Part shown: positions 13,741-26,782 of the stretch, piece after piece | Position numbering within the stretch: position 1 is the stretch's first letter | Layout of the letters: every line of letters starts with the position of its first letter | NCBI RefSeq assembly: GCF_026210795.1 | Contig: NC_089432.1 | Coordinates: 1,984,001 to 2,048,000, forward strand | Direction: 5' to 3' | Source of the DNA: Rhizophagus irregularis | Taxonomy: Eukaryota | DNA: 64,000 bases | Made by a program: the position numbers and the translations under genes | Notes under the pieces: generated by a model | Databases searched by the model: none | Told to the model about the DNA's origin: nothing | The model's input: only the letters and a program-made list of their open reading frames with translations

Positions 13741-14339
13741 ATGTTGCATTAAGTTGATGTTCAGACTGGTTAAAAGTACATATTGCATCCTTACATCCTT
13801 TTGCTTTTATTGTAGATAAATCAATGCTTGAAGAATATGAATATTTAGAAAAAATTGCTGCCCAACCTTTACCTTTACAAATGTAAAATTAATATTTATG
13901 CTTTACAATTTTTATAATAAAATATTATTTAATTCACATGTTTTAAATATTAAAATAAAAATAAGATATAGTTAATTTTACTTTAAAATGAGAATTTGTA
14001 CTAATAATTCTACAAATCTTTATAAACTTCCAATTCTAATTTTTAAAATTTTAATTTTGTGGGGATGAAATACCCTGCATATTGCATATTCTATTTTGAT
14101 AATCAATAAATGAGTTGACAACTACCTTTTTTCCTCAATGATCTTCAATTGATAAAAGATGCTCAATCAATTCAATTTATTTTATTTTTTTATAACAAAA
14201 AATGAGTTTCCAGCAAGATCTTTTTAATGCAAGAAATTTTTAAAGAAATAATAAAAACTTTGACACTAACAAATTATCTTTTAACTTTTACTCAAATTAT
14301 AGAAAGTACCTTATTATTCCATATTTTACTTATCTGGAC

Positions 14340-14570
14340 TCAAAAATTTCCCAGCAAAAAAGAAGGATTTTGGTAGATATTTTCCTATATTTAACAGATG
14401 AAGACCACAATTCTTTTTGAAAATATTTTCCTACATTTAATGCAATTATTATATGATTGGAAAGGGAAGCAAATTGCCATTGTATTATGACATTTGGTAA
14501 ATGGAGTAGAAATAAGAACATTAGAACAAACTTTAGGAATAAGTCAAAGTTCAGCTATTCATTTACTAAG
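14340..14570 (+). pseudogene. PIF/Harbinger transposase fragment
   Basis: Translation KQIAIVL*HLVNGVEIRTLEQTLGISQSSAIHFT resembles the HTH region of Harbinger (DDE_Tnp_4-type) transposases. Confidence 0.5.
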
Positions 14571-15099
14571 AATTTGGAATGTAACAGTCTAACAGAATTG
14601 CATAGCCATGAGGTGCAAGTTTGCCAACTATAATACAAGGATTTGAATGTGATGAAATACAATCAGGAAATCGCAGATTACTATCTTATAACATTGTAAT
14701 GATACTCAATGATGTGACATTATTTTTACCATTACTTAATGGTAAGTGTATTGTGACATATCATTATATATAGGAATATAAACTGGATCGGAATAATATT
14801 GGTATTTTATTGATACCACATCAGCATCATATTAACATTGGAAAAAATTTTATAGTTTCTGCAAAGAAGTTCATAAAATCATTTAAGGCAACTGGGTGAG
14901 GTTTTTATTAACCGGAAGATAACTATTTGAAGAATATCATCATTTGAATTTTTTATTAGGCATGATGAAAACTATAAAATTAGTTATCATAAAAAAAAGT
15001 GTTGCTTAAAAAATTTGTTAAACCATTAAAGAGGCATTCTCAAGCTTGTAATTCTATTGATCTCGTTATTGATTGTGATACTTGAGCACAATGACATCA

Positions 15100-16491
15100 C
15101 TATCAGATTTAATTGAGGGAGATGCTTGAGAACAGCCTTATTCAATTCTATCATCAAATTGTCAGAGGTATAACCATAATAAAATGCTCAATCTGTATTT
15201 TCTATATTACTAATTATTGCATTTTTAGCATTATTATTTTTAAAAGAAAAAAATAAAACAATCTCTGTTTTTAATCCAACCACCAAAAGATTCCCACTTC
15301 AAAAGGTTATATCCACCAAGAATTTCTTCCGTTCCTGCAACTTTAATAAATTTTACTTTTACAGTATAAGTATATATTATTATATAATTCGTGAAATTTT
15401 TTAGGAGTGAATCTCGACTAGCTCTTAATAATAATTGAATCTGTAGGGTAAATACAATTCTCTTAAGTGATCAAATTTATTATTAATACCTATTTTATCA
15501 ATCCGTCTTGAAACTACTGAAATAATATTTAAATTATTAACAATTTTTGAATCAATAATTCCATCAATTTTTATACTTCTAGGAAGTGAAATATTGTCAA
15601 TTGGTTCACTATCAGGATCCAAATGAGAATTTAATGAGTTTTCGTAAAGTTAATGCTCAAAAAGGTTTTTACAATTGTAAAAAATCTTTAGATGATAAAC
15701 TAAAAAAAACTAACCTAGGGTAACAATGTTTTAAAGTATTTCCCATTGTTTTGAAATCTTCATCTTACCAAGTACTATCTGAAAGAAGTGTGGGACAAGA
15801 CACCATTTTAACACGTGTTCCCAAACAGGCCAAACTTCAACTTCTTTCATTTGTAAATCGTCTCTTTTAATCAGTTGAACTAAAGATTTTTCAGGAGCGA
15901 AGTGAAATCAAGTGATTTAATATTTTCTCTGGAGAGTTTGCCATAAAATTTATGCAAAATTGTTGTAGTTCCAACACTTCAGAATTTGATTGAAAGCTTG
16001 TTCTATGAACAGTTCAAAATGTTGTTCCATCCATTCAGATTTATTTTCAATTAAATACTTTTGTAAACAATCAACTGGTTCTTGAAGAAGCAGCTCATCT
16101 GTGGCAGATGAAATTTATATATCTCTGAAGTGTCTTGTTCATATAGTGAAAGAATGCCACCATAAATATACCTATAAAACAAAATTTTAATAATTTAAAT
16201 TTCGTATTTGAATATTTGATTATGGTAATACGTTTGAATTTATTATAAATAAACTTACTTTAAAACAATTTGGAAGATTTCAGGTGATATATTTGGTAAC
16301 TTATTATGAACTAGAACGTTATCCTTATTTTTTTTACTAATAGCAAAAGTTCGTCACAAATATGGAGAACGGTAACATTTATATGTGCACGAAAAATTTT
16401 TACATTAGGATCCTCACCAACTATAGTATTCATTATCTTCCAATAATTCAATATAATTTTGACTTAATTTTGAAAGAAATTGTGTTGACAT
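15100..16491 (-). pseudogene. BTB/POZ-BACK-TLDc protein pseudogene (copy 1)
   Basis: MSTQFLSKLSQNYIELLED..VGEDPNVKIFRAH, then PNISPEIFQIVLK|intron|YIYGG, WMEQHFEL, IDSKIVN, FSFKNNN..AIISNIEN. Frameshifts and stops throughout. Confidence 0.85.
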
Positions 16492-16850
16492 AATTTATGT
16501 TTAAAATTAAATTGAGGTGGCGTCAACTATAAAATTGTGTGTAAATTTATAAAGCTCATCGTTTCAGATAAGGTTAAATTAAATAAGTATTAACGTAATT
16601 CTTTCTGAAATAGAATTTTGCTGCGCCACAGTCACAGGTCGAAATGCTAAAAATCGGCAAAAAAAATGGCACAAAAAGCAGTGGCTATTCTTGGCTATTC
16701 TTGGCTATTCTTGGCTGTTTTTGGCTATTTGCGAATTAACCTATACTATTTGTAAATAGTTTATATAAATTTGCGAATAGTTTATGCAATTCTAGCCATT
16801 TTTTTTGCCTATTTTTGGTCATTTGATGTGTGAGTATTACTCTCTCGAAT

Positions 16851-17064
16851 TAGTGTTTCGATCTGGATAAAACCTCAAATATTTTAACGTGGGATTATGA
16901 TTAAAAAAGATTACAAATTTCGGCTTTGAGTGGACTATAATTTTGGCCAGAATTAAAATAATATTATTCCATAAATTTTTATTAATTTTGGTGGTCCCAG
17001 CCTAAATTAACCGAGCCGGTATCTGGATAAAAACTGGATAAAACCGCTACAGATCGAAACTCTA
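16851..17064. mobile_element. hAT-type MITE
   Basis: TIRs TAGTGTTTCGATCTG / CAGATCGAAACTCTA. Perfect 8-bp TSD TCTCGAAT at 16843-16850 and 17065-17072. Confidence 0.9.
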
Positions 17065-17205
17065 TCTCGAATCATCAATCATTTGGTCAAATTAATTCAA
17101 TTAATTCCTTATGGATAATAAAGAAGAGACTAATTATTATTTATCTTTTAATCCTTCGCTGTAATAAATATATTTTTTTAAAATCAGAAAAAGAACTCTT
17201 TCCAC

Positions 17206-20200
17206 CAGTGTTCGGAAATGACCTGGTCATTTGACCATTTTTCGGATTAGGAATCATTTGGTCAAATGATACCCTATCATTTGGCATTTGTCATTTAGCA
17301 AAAATCCCAAATGCCAAATGCCAAATGATTGGGTGTCATTTGACCGTCATTTGCATCATTTGTCATTTGGTCATTTGGATATTATTATTTTCTGTTTTTA
17401 TAAATGGCATTTATATTTATATTATGTTTTTTTAAAAAATTTTATTTGTTTTTAAACATGAATTTATTTTAATATAAAGAAATTAAAGAAATTACTACTA
17501 CTGCGTATTCTTACAAAATGATGATCGCATTATTGATCATCCATATAAATATTTATATGCTAAAAATAATTCTCACGCCACTTTTTTTCTCACACTTCGT
17601 TAGTTCGTTTAGATAATAAACATGGGCAAACTACCACATCCTTTTCGTCCATATTTTGAGTTAATATCAAATCCAAACAATAAATCTAATAAATTTGCTG
17701 TGTGTCTTTGTTGTATTGAGGAATATACGCGTAATATTGCAATAACTAAGAAGGAATGTCGCGTTATTAATAAAGTCAAGTCTTGTTATGATCAACTGGC
17801 GAAATGTGAAAATTTTAAAAAACGATATAGTGAAAGTGAATATACAGAAATCCTTACATTAAACAGTAATGATGGTAATAAAGTAATTGCAGGCAAAAGA
17901 AAAGGTGAGTTTTATATTACTTTATAAACATAATTTATTAAGTATGCAAAATTTAACTTCAACTTCAATATTATTCAAGAAATTGAAGGAGTTCCTTGTG
18001 AAAATGAAGTAAATGAAGATAATAAACGTGTAAAGGTAAAGGCTACGACAACTCAAGCTCTTAGACAAGCTCCTCTTACAAATTATATATCCCGTCCATT
18101 ATCAACACAAGATATTCCACATTTTCGTCAACTTTTTTTTAATATGGTTGTGTCAAATGGGTTATCTTTTTCGTTTGCTGAAAATCCAGAAACATGTGAA
18201 CTCTTTAGATTTTGTATACCGGCAGTCAACCTACCTTCAGCAAAAGCACTTTCTGGATCAGTTTTAAAAGCTACATCAAAAAATCTGGTTGATAGTATTA
18301 TTATTACTGCACAAAATGATCTGAATGGTGTCACTGCGGCATTTGATAGTTGGAGTAATATCCGATCCGAGCATTTATTTGGTGTAGTATTTATTACATC
18401 TGAAGGAAAATCATTAACTTGGGGTGCAAAAGATATTAGTTCTGAACGTTCCAAAACAAGTAACGTAATTTCTTATATAAAAGATATCATGGAACAAGCA
18501 CACCAACATCAAATTAACATTAAATGCTTTGTGTTAGATTCAGCTGGAGAATATGCAGCTGCTAGGTAACAAATATTTTATTAATAAATTATTAATTTTG
18601 GTCAAATAAATATGAATTAATATTTTTTAATATATAGACGCCAGATGCGTGTTGAATATAAAGACAAAATATTTCTACCATGTATGGCACACCAAATGAA
18701 CTTAGTATTTGGTGATATTTTTAAAGAATCAGTAAAATATAAAGAAATTTCAACAAAAGCAATTCGGATTGTTAGCTTTTTTCATATGGCTTCTTATTTT
18801 GCTGGTAACCTAAGAGATGAGCAAATGTTAATTTATAACAAAATTATTGCATTAACAAGACCTGGAGATACGCGTTGGAACAGCTATTACTTCTGTTTCC
18901 ATAGTCTTTTAAAAACTGAAGCTGCATTGAAGGTAATTAATTTTTCTTTTGTATTGCAAAATATAATATGATAATAAATTAATAATATTAATAAATTTTT
19001 TAGTCATTGGTAGCAAAGTATTCTCCTCAACGTGCTAATCTTAGAAATGCAACTACTTCAACATATAAATTTTTACCTGCTGATATTGTTCAAATAGTTA
19101 ATGATCATTCATTTTGGTCTATACTTTTTGAATTGCAAAATTTATTGCTCCCACTGTGTGGATTTCTTAACAAACTTCAAAAAGATATGGCATGACTTCA
19201 TGAGGTTCTATATATTTTTGCATTTACAATGAAACTTTTTCGTGAATTACCTGATCTTGAATTTAGTTTAAAGATGGTAGAACGACTTGAAAAAAGATGG
19301 GTTCAGTGGGAGCAGCCTCTTTTATTGCTTTCCTTTATCCTTCACCCAGATTATAGTGTTGAAATATTTCATTCAACTGCAAAACGTGTCACTTACACAG
19401 ACTTTGGGCAATGGATAAATTATTATTATGAAGTTTGGTTTAATGATCGACCAAAATCCATTCTTTTGGAATTTGTTAAATTTAAAAGAGGCAAATATCC
19501 TTTTGACCCACCAACAGTAAAACAATTTGGACAGGATATTATGAGTTTTTGGGAATCATGTTCAGGACATACTCCAGAATTGTCATGTTTAGCGCTACAT
19601 CTTTATAGTGTTTGTGTAAATGCTGCTTCAGTTGAACGATTATGGTCTACAATGGGTTTTTTTCATACAAAAAGAAGAAATAGATTAGAAGTAAGTAATA
19701 TATATTTAATTATTTATGATTTTAATTTACAAAGTAATGCACACTTATTTCAATTATAATGCATATTAATTTACTAGTTTTATTATTTATTAATTAGAAC
19801 AAAAAGGTTTTAGAAATGGCAAGAATTAGAAGTGATATTCTTTATAAACGGAAGATTAAGGAAGTAGAAGGAGGTCAAAAACAAGCACGACGCCTTCACA
19901 TTGCCCCACCAATCCTAAATAATCAAGAGGAAGAAGAGAACGAGCCTGTTTATGAAGATGATGATGAAGATTTAAATGTCAGTGACTTGGAAGATGATAG
20001 TTCGGAAGAAGATAATGACTCTGATGAAGAAGAAGAAACTAGAGATGATTTCCACTGGTCTGAAATCTGTACTAATTGGATTAATTTGGTTGATCGTGAA
20101 AATCAATTTGACAACGAAGAAGATAACCATTTATTAGAAATGACTTATGATTTTTTTGCAGCTGGAAGGGATCAGCATCCTGCTGATGATGAGACTGCGA

Positions 20201-20899
20201 AATGGAAATTAGAATATCTTTTTAAAGAAAATCTCAAAGCACCAACTTTTCTGGGAATAGAATATACTAGTTCTTTAAATGATAGTGAAATGTAATATTT
20301 TTTTTATCAAACTGTTAAATAAAGTAATTAAATTTTCTTTAGATTCTGTTTTCAGTTGAAATGATGCTAAATTGAGATAGAAATGTAATTTAGAGCATTA
20401 AAAACAGCTTAGAATATCACTAGATATCACATATGAAATAAAACAATAGTTTTTTTAGTGACAAATATAATAATTTTTACAATTTATTATTAAATTCAAA
20501 TACAACTTTTCTTCATTTTAAAGTTCATTATTATTACTTTGATATTGTAATTAAGCATTTATTTTATTTAAAAATGGACAATGACGGGAGCCATACAAGT
20601 CTGAGATCGTAATTAAGTATTTATTAAAAAAAAGAAAAATAACATATATTGATTATATCACGTGATATCATTAACACATGCTGCTATTAAAACTTTTTTT
20701 GCTATATATTTAAATTAAAGTTTTTTTTTAAATTTTGATTTCACTAAATTAAATAAATAAATTAAGTAATAAAATCTTACAAAATATACAATATTAGTTA
20801 AATGACTTAAATGACATGTCATTTGAGTAACCAAATGCCAAATGCCAAATGACATGTCATTTGAGTCATTTGTCATTTCAAGTCATTTGCCGAACACTG
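17206..20899 (+). mobile_element. Full-length hAT transposon
   Basis: TIRs CAGTGTTCGG(C)AAATGAC. Perfect 8-bp TSD CTTTCCAC at 17198-17205 and 20900-20907. TCATTTG/CAAATG subterminal repeats at both ends. Confidence 0.95.
17622..20295 (+). pseudogene. hAT transposase, 5 exons, one premature TGA
   Basis: Exons 17622-17904, 17980-18565, 18638-18932, 19004-19690, 19798-20295. Motifs FDSW, LDSAG, CMAHQMNL, TRWNS, ASVERLWS. Stop at 19193-19195 in DMA*LH. Confidence 0.9.
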
Positions 20900-21237
20900 C
20901 TTTCCACTGATCATTTTGTACAAAAGTTTTGCTAAAGAAAAAACTGATGAAAGTCAACTGTATAAATATATATTAAGACTTCAAAATATGAAATTAGAGC
21001 CATATTTATCGCGTAGATAGTTTAGTTGATTGTTTTCAATGAAACAAACTTCTTTATTATAAATATTTTTACGAATATTGGGTATATTTACAATAAGGGA
21101 CCTTGAAAAACATATAGATAACTAAAAGCCTTCAGTTCAATAGCACTAAATATAAAGTTCAATAGTGAAACTATAGAATTTTAATGAAACCTTGCGAAGA
21201 GATAGCACATAGTCATTACTCTAAAGATGTAGAACAT

Positions 21238-21458
21238 AGGACCCCGAAAAATACATAAAAAGGTCACATTTGAGTTTTCTTAAAAAGAACCTAAATTTTC
21301 ATGAAAATCTTGCCTTTTTTAGATAGTGCTGGCCTAAATTTTATTGTCCGTTTTGATACTGGCTAGCATTATCATAATTCCGGCCCTGAAAAGTTGCTTA
21401 TTTTAGGCCAAAATCTTGCCGATCATTTATGACTTCCATATGTATTTTTCGGGGTCCT
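21238..21458. mobile_element. MITE with 20-bp perfect TIRs
   Basis: AGGACCCCGAAAAATACATA / TATGTATTTTTCGGGGTCCT, flanked by TAGAACAT and TAGAACGT (8-bp TSD with one transition). Confidence 0.85.
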
Positions 21459-21899
21459 TAGAACGTATAGAGAAAGATATTGTGGTAGTTTGTAATTGGC
21501 TTTATCGAACAAATGTAGAATTGGGAGGAGCTCAAGAAGAATGAGCGAATTATATCACAGAACAAAAAAAAATAGAAAGGAGTAGGTGTTACCGGCAAAT
21601 GTAATAAGGGATGCAGATATAGTAAAAATATAGGAAACAAATATGAGAAATTTGAAGAAATTAGTACTCTTAATGATGATTTCAGCAAAAGATTACCATT
21701 ACGTCAACGAAATTGCAAAGCAAGAGTATAGATTCAAATGACTCAGATGAGACGGAAGAAGATAATAGGAAGAAACGCAAAGAAAAATAAAGAGATCACG
21801 CAGGGAATGTAGATTTAGATTTAGATTGAGATTATATATACAATAAATAATGACGGTTGACGAATTATAGGTTTATAACATCCTTGTAGAGTATAATTT

Positions 21900-23374
21900 A
21901 TTACTATTTGAAATACTTCATAATCATCCATGAAAAAATTACTCTCGATATCTCTTATCTTTTTCTCATAACACACCTTTTTATAACAAATACCATTGTA
22001 ATCTGTGCAATCCCCACCAGAATATCATCACCGAAACACGGACCACCTTTATAATGATAATATATTGCATAATCTGTATTTTCTATATTACTAATAATTG
22101 CATCTTTGACATCATTATTTTTGAAAGAAAAAATAAAACTATCTTTAGTTCTACCCCAACCACTAGAAGAACCTCCCCATATTAACGGATTGTATCCTCC
22201 AAAAATTTCATCTGTTCTTTTTACTTTAATAAATGTAACGATATGAGATATATCATCACATAATTCGTGGTGTAAATCCATCTCGGCTTCCTCTTAATAA
22301 CAATCAAAAATTGTACGGTATGAAATAAATTTTCTGACATTTGCTATTAATATCAACAATATGTCTTGAAATTGTTGAAATATCAAAATTATTTACAATT
22401 TTTGAATTAATAATTCCATCAATTTTAGGATTTCTAGGAAGTGAAATATTGTCAGTTGAATCAAAATCAGGATCCAAATGAAAATTTAATAAAGTTTCGT
22501 AAAGTTTACTTTTTAAAAATTTTTATAAGGATGAACTTTTTGTAAAAATTCTTTAGATGATAAAGTAAACAATCTAATTAAAGATAAACAATGTTGTAAA
22601 GTATTTTCCATTGTTTTGAAATCATTATCTAACCAAGTATTAGGATCTGGAAGAAGTGTAGGATTTTATGCGAGACTCCATTTTAGTACATGTTCCCAAC
22701 CCTCAATCTCCTTCATTTGTAAATCATCCCTATTAATAAGTTGAATTAAAGATTTTCAGGAAGTGAAGCGAAATCAAGTGATTTGAATATTTTTTCTGGA
22801 GATTTTACCATAAAATCTGTACAAAATTGCTGAAGTTGTAATAAAGAATTGGATTGAAAACTTGTTCGATGAATAAGTTCAAAATGCTGTTCTATCCATT
22901 TGGATTCAATTTCAATTAAATAATTTTGTATATAATCAACAAGTTCCTGAAGAAGAAATTCATCCGCAACCAATATAACCTTAATAATTCTAAATTATCT
23001 CGCCCAATCAATGGGAGAATACCACAATAAATATATCTACAGTAAATTAAAATGTAAAGTTTAAATTTGAATATGAATAAAATTTACATACAAATAATAA
23101 TTTTATGATTATAATACCAGCAAACTTACTTTAAAATAATTTGAAAAATTTCAGGTGATATATTTGGTAATTTGATGTGAACTAAAGCATTATTATCTTT
23201 ATTCTTTTTATTAGAAGTCAAAGTTCTTCGTAAATACGGAGATCGGCAACATAGAATACTCATATGAACATGGAGAATTTTACACACCAACTTTCAATCG
23301 TAATATCATAATATTCATCGTCTTCTAATAATTCAATGTAATTTCGAAAAAGTTGATTAAACATTTTTTGTCAT
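21900..23374 (-). pseudogene. BTB/POZ-BACK-TLDc protein pseudogene (copy 2)
   Basis: VLCCRSPYLRRTL, PNISPEIFQIILK, VADEFLLQEL, KSPEKIFKSLDF, TLDc motifs EIFGGYNPLIW, TKDSFIFSF, GPCFG, DDYEVFQI. Frameshifted. Confidence 0.88.
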
Positions 23375-23886
23375 TTTATTTATTTCTTAAAAATAAAAAG
23401 TTGAAAATTTATAATTAAATGTTGTGCAATAAGACTCCAAAAAAATATATATGAAGTCTCTTTCCTTTTTTGATCATTATATAATGTCAGCATCTTCTCT
23501 GACCTATCTATATTTAAAATGAAAAAAAAAATAATTTTTGATTGACGTCCATTTCTTTTGACAAGACGTGTATTAGCTCAAATTCTACAGTTATCATGAA
23601 TAATTCTCTAATACCTTTAAACTTTCCGATATTAATTGAACTCCTAAATTTAGTCTTTACAAATGAGAGCCTGACGAATTATTTTTATAAGCTATGTGTT
23701 TTAAAATAAATAAGGTAGTAGCTATAAAATAAGTTTGGTTAAGTTTTCTTTGGACGATTTATGTTTATTGGAGTTTTTGTTGCAGGTCTTGAAAACTATT
23801 GATCTTTGTGTTTTGGTAGTGATAATGCATTTAGGGCGCAGGTAATGTGGAAAATATGATTTTAGAGGATATCCGTTGCTCCTGAT

Positions 23887-24108
23887 TAAGGTTGCTTGCC
23901 AAAACCTCTCCAAAATCCTGCGATAAATTTCGGCAAGATTTTACTATATGTTTACTATAGTTTTGGCAGGGTTTCAGCAGTTTCGGCAAATGGGGGTTTC
24001 GGCATTTTGGCAAAGTTTCGGCAGGATTTTTAATATGATTTAATATAGTTTTGGCATTTTCCGTATAGGTTTCAGCAGTTATTAAGAAGGTTTCGGCAAG
24101 CAACCTTA
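23887..24108. mobile_element. hAT-type MITE (TAAGGTTGC family)
   Basis: 14-bp perfect TIR TAAGGTTGCTTGCC. Perfect 8-bp TSD CTCCTGAT at 23879-23886 and 24109-24116. Confidence 0.92.
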
Positions 24109-25740
24109 CTCCTGATTAAAACTAAGTGTTATATTCTAAGTATTAAATTAGAATTTTTTGCCTTATTAGTTTCAATAAAATGTTCTACACTTCTACATAT
24201 GATACAGAGTAATTATTAGTTGTTTCTTATAAAAGGGTTTTTCAAAAAATTACGTTCTTCAGATCCAGTGGATGGTCCATTCTGACTTGAGATGTGAAAA
24301 GCCCATTTCTTGTTTTGGTATATGTGAACGTTTGATGACGGTAATTGGATCATTAATAGGATATGTCAAACGTTGGTGTTCACTCAGTATTTAATTTATC
24401 TTCAAAGTTCCTAGATGATTTAAAAACCTGAAAGTTGTTGAGGTTGGAATGTTTAGCTTCGTCCCATTTTAACAACTAGTTACTATCTGTAAAGGTAAGT
24501 TGGTCCATAAATATAATCTTTTCGTATTAATATAATCTTGGATCAGTGTCATACCTCCAATGATGTCAATGTTGAACGTAAGGCCTATATACTGTCTATG
24601 TCAAAATTTTACTGGTGTAAAAATTAAATTGTTTCCGAAATGGTAATCTATGCGATTAGATATGTGTATGATATCAGGATTATTGTCTTCACTGTGTTAT
24701 TTGGCTAGATCAATCAAATTGTCTCTATTAATTCAGATTATATATATCGTGCCAATAATATTTAATGGAATAGACTATTGATAATAATTTGCCTTATAAA
24801 TATTTATTGTTTCTACATTATTAAGTTCATATAGAAGAACTAGCAAATAATCCAGTAACATTTATTTTTTTAGTTAGATAGTGTATACTCATATACTACT
24901 ATGTAATATGTATTTCGAATTTAGATTGATCGGTAACTATAATATCAAAGGTGCAGTGCTGTAGTGCTGTAATGAGTCATTGTATATACAAAATATACTA
25001 TCGCGTAAATCATGACTTCATGGGTATTTATATACCAAATTTTGTTGGACTAATTTAGATAAATGTTGATAAGCCACAATTAGAGATAGATTTTCACCAA
25101 TCTATAGATGATCATGATTATAGTGTCCTATGACTCATTAATAAAAGCTGATATTTCATCAAATTTGTCATAAAACCTTTTATTTTACCCTATATTTTAT
25201 TTTTCGCTTATCACCAATCAATGGTAACACATGCGTCTATTCCAGTTAAGAAACATGTGTTATTCCAAATACTATAATCAAAAAGTATTTTTTATTTTAA
25301 ATTATCATCTTCAGAAATCACTACTGGTTTGATAGTGTTATTGTCAGTAAATTCCAATAAGGGAGTAAATCATATTGACTATGCATTATAATCCAACAAT
25401 TATACATTGTTAGTTATCATTAAGCTAACTGATATTACTAGTTTTAGATTAAATATTAATAGATGTGACTCATACATGATCTAAATTTTTTTTAATAAGT
25501 TACTATTAGTCACTATGTATTCAAAAGGTTTTTAAAAATATATATATACCCTTAAATTTTTCCTTGAGAAATTTCAAAATCTCTTTCAAATTATTATCTT
25601 TCAAATATTATATTTTTTACAAATATTATTACAAAGTCAAATTTTCTTTTCAAATATTATTACAATTTTTTTTCAAATATTATTCCAAAATCAAATTTTA
25701 AATTTTCCAAATCAAATTTTTAAATTTTTTATAATTCAAA

Positions 25741-26274
25741 ATGTCATACCAAATGTGCCCAAACTTCAATACTCCTTTTAACAATATTCCCATTGACAAA
25801 TGCTATCATTATCGTCTCCAATCTGGGCCATCTACCTTCCAATACTTGCCATTATTCATAACTTACTTATACATTCTTTTTGTTCTTTTATTGATATCAA
25901 CAAATCTACTTAACTATACGCTCGTTTTAATCCTTGTTTTAATAAAATCTATCATTAAAATATTCTTTTTCCTTTCCTTGAACCTCTCTCTCTCAAATCT
26001 CTCTCTTCTCCTCCAACCATTTCATCCATCAAATCTACTATCAATTCTCTCTCTTTTTAAACATTTTCTTATTTCAAATATTTTGTTATTATCACAATAT
26101 TCTCCTGTTATGTCAATTCTTCTTTTATTTCTTGATTCTCTTCTTTATTTTCTTGATTTTCTTTATGAATTGACTAATTCTATAATATTATTTCTTTTAT
26201 CTTCACTTTCTTTTTACAAACGTAAAATTGAATTGATAGTTGATTTAAAAAATACCCTTAAAAATTCCCAATAA
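25741..26274 (+). CDS. Hypothetical hydrophobic 177-aa ORF (coding status uncertain)
   Basis: ATG in CAAAATGTC context, uninterrupted, rich in L/F/I/S. The pyrimidine-rich composition alone could explain the absence of stops. Confidence 0.3.
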   Translation: MSYQMCPNFNTPFNNIPIDKCYHYRLQSGPSTFQYLPLFITYLYILFVLLLISTNLLNYTLVLILVLIKSIIKIFFFLSLNLSLSNLSLLLQPFHPSNLLSILSLFKHFLISNILLLSQYSPVMSILLLFLDSLLYFLDFLYELTNSIILFLLSSLSFYKRKIELIVDLKNTLKNSQ

Positions 26275-26381
26275 TTTAGACATTATTAAATTAAATAATT
26301 TTATATTATGTAGCTAGGTCCATTGCTTACCAAATATAGCATGGAGACGTAATCTTTACCCTTTGGTCAACTTGGGAATAC

Positions 26382-26633
26382 TTGACCATTCTTAGATAGA
26401 TAATTTTTACAAGGGGATCGTTTGCATCGCCCATGAAGCATTGCACTGTGCTAATTGGTGTCAGAGAGATCCTTTGTCTTGTAAAAATTTACCCTTTCTT
26501 GATCATTTGACCATTCTTAGATAGATAAATTTTATAAGGGGATCGTTTGCATCGCCCATGAAGCATTGCACTGTGCTAATTGGTGTCAGAGAGATCCTTT
26601 GTCTTGTAAAATTTACCTTTCTTGATTATTTGA
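26382..26633 (+). repeat. Two tandem 125-nt structured repeats, each with an ATTGCAC motif
   Basis: Units start at 26382 and 26507. Outer stem 26402-26413 / 26478-26489, inner GGATC/GATCC, and AGC-ATTGCACTGT-GCT at 26437 and 26562. Confidence 0.9.
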
Positions 26634-26730
26634 TTTATCTCATGTGATTTCCTTCTTCACATGTGATACCCTTTATTTTATTCCTTTGTTGAGTTCTTTC
26701 CTTAATAACTTATCAACTCAACAATTATCC

Positions 26731-26782
26731 ATCATCGTTGGTTCCACAATTTTTGTGTCCAAGTTCAATTCTTGGAGGTGAT
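26731..26782 (+). ncRNA. Candidate tRNA-like (mascRNA-like) structure
   Basis: ATCATC/GGTGAT acceptor-like stem, GTTGGTTC linker, CACAA-TTT-TTGTG hairpin, TCCAAG-TTCAATT-CTTGGA T-arm. Followed by a T-run. Confidence 0.5.

Noticed and set aside
16630..16832. Possible MITE with TGGCTATTCT repeats (similar weak cases at 38139-38341 and 55588-55742)
   Set aside because: Only imperfect IRs and no TSD; boundaries not supportable.
24200..24900. Possible LINE remnant (similar case at 51150-52330)
   Set aside because: Only vague resemblance; no RT or RNase H motif readable.
26731..26782. Functional tRNA gene
   Set aside because: Too short, no D-stem and only a 3-nt anticodon loop.
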